DNA from: Chrysomallon squamiferum
Lineage: Eukaryota > Animalia > Mollusca
Direction: 5' to 3'
NCBI GenBank assembly: GCA_012295275.1
Contig: CM022679.1
Coordinates: forward strand, 3,782,001 to 3,846,000
Length of the DNA stretch: 64,000 nucleotides
Both the position numbers and the translations under genes were made by a program. Under the pieces are notes generated by a model that did not search any database, was not told where the DNA came from, and was given only the letters and a program-made list of their open reading frames with translations. Position 1 is the first letter of the stretch; every line of letters starts with the position of its first letter. Positions 61,166 through 64,000 of this stretch are shown here, piece after piece.

Positions 61166-62047
61166 ATTTTACGTTTCAGATAATCATGTAGACTAATGAA
61201 TGATTCGGGAATGATTATAATGATAATTTAAATACATTTAAACAAATAATAACAATTCTAAAGCAATATGATTTTTATATTTCAAAGTACGTTTTCATCA
61301 GTATATAAATTTAGCATTGAAAGGTTAAGAAATACGAGGCTTGCATGTGTGTGTATGTAAGCACGCATTTATATATGTGTAAAGATACGTATACATGTAT
61401 CTATGTATGTGTGTACGTATGTGTAAATGTGTATGTTTGTATGTATGTAGATAAATACGTGTGTATGTGTTTGTACGTGTGTGTCTGTCTGTCTGTACAT
61501 GTGTACATTATTTAAGCAGTTGTAAAATAGCAGACATAATTATAGTGTATGAATTGTATAACTGACATTGTAGTATTTTACTCGAAACTTCTAAGAAAAC
61601 TATGAGATGCGATATCTGCATTCTTGCAAAAAAACATCAATTACTTGCAGCTTAAGATAAAAAAATAAACACAAACAAAAAGAACAAAACAAAACAAAAA
61701 CAACAAAAATAAAAACACTTGGAATTATATATCAAAATAAATGTCATAGAAACGGTTCATATCTAAAACATTCAAAATAATAATATGACAACAGCAATAA
61801 ATAGATAATAATAAATAAAAAGAAAAGTAAAAATAAATAAATAATGAAAATAATAATGTTTCATAATAATTCTTGTAGATTTCACTCTCTCATGGACAAC
61901 TATTTTCAACGTCTGATGTCCTACACACCCAAAAAAAAAAATTAAAGAAACAAAATTTTCATTTTATGCCTAATTTCGTCATTAGTAAGCTAATATAAAA
62001 CTGCGGAAAGCTGTTAATTTAATTACAGTGTCTTCTGGATTTACGTT

Positions 62048-62743
62048 TTATACTCCATGTTGTTGATAGGCAGGTGGCTGAACGTAATTTGAAGTCGGAG
62101 GCCATCCCATTCTTCCTTTCTGTTCAACATGTTCACCTATAGGTGGCGCTGTTGTCCAATTAACTGTCGGATAGAACCCATTACCCGCTGTAGTCGTCTG
62201 CTGAACGTTGCTGAAGTTAACTTGGGGCACTGTTGCAGGCTGAACGACATGACCCGAGCTTATGTGACTTTTCGAACTGGCAGCGATAACGATTCCAAAT
62301 ATGATGGCGAGGACTGAGCCGATGGTGTTAAGAGCAAATGACCAAGATAAATGTGTTATATCGGTGCCTACAGCAGACTGGAAAACTCCAAAGAGTACGT
62401 CGTCCATACATCCTAAAATACCTGAGATAAATAATAATAATAACAATAACAACAACAACAATAATAATAATAATAATAATCATAATCATAATAATAAAAT
62501 CCAGGACAGTGAAACTTTACAATATCAGAAAGAACTTTGAAATAAAAATAATGTAAAAAAAAAATTAATAAGGAGAAAAAATAAAGGAAAGAATAATAAA
62601 AAAACAAAAACAAACAACAACAACATTGTTCTCTGTCATCTTCGTCTCAACAGTCTGAACTATTTGCATTTAGGATACTTCAGAGGTGAGAATTTATTAA
62701 GCTGGGAAAATAGACACCAAAATATCTGTGTCGAATTATTGAC

Positions 62744-62801
<58 letters not shown>

Positions 62802-62840
62802 ATATATATATAGCTATATATGTGTGTGTGTGTGTGTGTC

Positions 62841-62872
<32 letters not shown>

Positions 62873-63193
62873 TATATAAGTATATATATATATATAATCA
62901 TAAGTAATGTGTCTTTGCAGGAAGTTACATATTTTTATTAATTTGTTTATATTTATATTCTGTGGGTAATACAGGTATATCTTACCTCCTGTTATTATCA
63001 TATTTTTATTAATTTGTTTATATTTATATTCTGGGGTAATACAGGTATATCTTACCTCCTGTTATTGTCGTCCGACTTACTACGTTGGCTGACATTTGAG
63101 GAGAGCACGTGTTCACCACATAGGCCATGATTACACCAATCACCAGAAATAACAACGCCAGAATCTGAACAGCTCGGTAAGCATCGTATTCAC
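62048..63193 (-). CDS. Claudin/PMP22-like tetraspan copy C, exons 2-3 (exon 1 beyond window end)
   Basis: Exon 2 63193-63056 (EYDAYRAVQILALLFLVIGVIMAYVVNTCSPQ..ITG) and exon 3 62421-62048 (..HLSWSFALNTIGS..PPAYQQHGV*) are in phase and open. Confidence 0.88.
62928..63066 (-). repeat. Splice-donor minisatellite of gene C (2 copies)
   Basis: Same unit as in genes A and B. Confidence 0.9.
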
Positions 63194-64000
63194 CTGCAGA
63201 TAAATTAAAACGTACATTTTATAATTTATTATGGATGATTATTGTTTACAGTACACAAGAAACGTCAAATCAGAATAATGTACCGTTATGTATTTAAAAT
63301 GTACTGTTATGTAAGAGTAACGTACTGTTATACAATTACAATGTACTGATATAGATGTGTAATGTACGTATAACGTAAATATGAGTAAAATGGAGTGTTT
63401 TATTATTACACTGTTATATAAGAATAATGTACTATAATACAATTACAAAGTACTGATGTAGACGTATAATGTACATGTAATGTACAATGGAGAGTTTTAT
63501 TATTACAGTGTTATATAAGAATAATGTTCTTATCTTAAATTACTTTTATATATATATAGTTTACTGTTATACGCATGTAGTTCATTGCATATATTAGTAT
63601 AATGTACTGTCACATTAGTATAGTAATATACCGTTATGTAATTAAAGTGTACTGTTATATAAGAATAATAAAATAATAATAATAAATTGGTACATAACTA
63701 TAATGTACTGTTATACTATTATAATTGTCAGTATAAATATTATATAAGTAACTTTGAGTGTACATGCAACCACAGATTTGTAGAATAAATGATTTTAGAT
63801 AAAATGTACATATATATTATATAAATATCAGTCGTGATGTTGAAGACAAGAAATTGTCAGATCACATGTGGGATAATGGAAAAAATCGCGAAAAGAAACA
63901 ATCATATCGTTTTTACATTTACGTAACGCAGTAAATAAAATTAATATGTCGTTGACGTACATTGTTTGTAGTATAATGAAATAAGCTGACAAGAAAAGAA

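Overview
This is very AT-rich, microsatellite-rich, intron-containing animal DNA. A molluscan, possibly cephalopod, origin is inferred from protein style and repeat landscape but not proven. The window holds two tandem gene clusters. (1) 1-40.3 kb: four paralogous glycoside hydrolase family 18 (GH18) chitinase-like genes, one on + (5' end outside the window) tail-to-tail with three on -. All four have lost the catalytic DxxDxDxE motif ([32 protein letters not shown]) but keep most chitin-binding aromatics, so they look like non-catalytic chi-lectins. They share four extra cysteines, show patchy near-identity suggestive of gene conversion, and differ in the C-terminal CBM14 domain (6-Cys, absent, 4-Cys, decayed). 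Only copy 2 has an uninterrupted model. (2) 49.4-64 kb: three tandem claudin/PMP22-like tetraspan genes on - (one intact, one pseudogene, one running off the window). Their exon-2 splice donor has been amplified into a 62-72 bp minisatellite (about 16, 5 and 2 copies). Between and within the genes lie a 1.7-kb satellite with higher-order structure, several MITE/Tigger/pogo remnants, a triplicated 1.1-1.2 kb block and many microsatellites. Gene models were built by hand from GT-AG sites and paralog alignment. No database searches were run.
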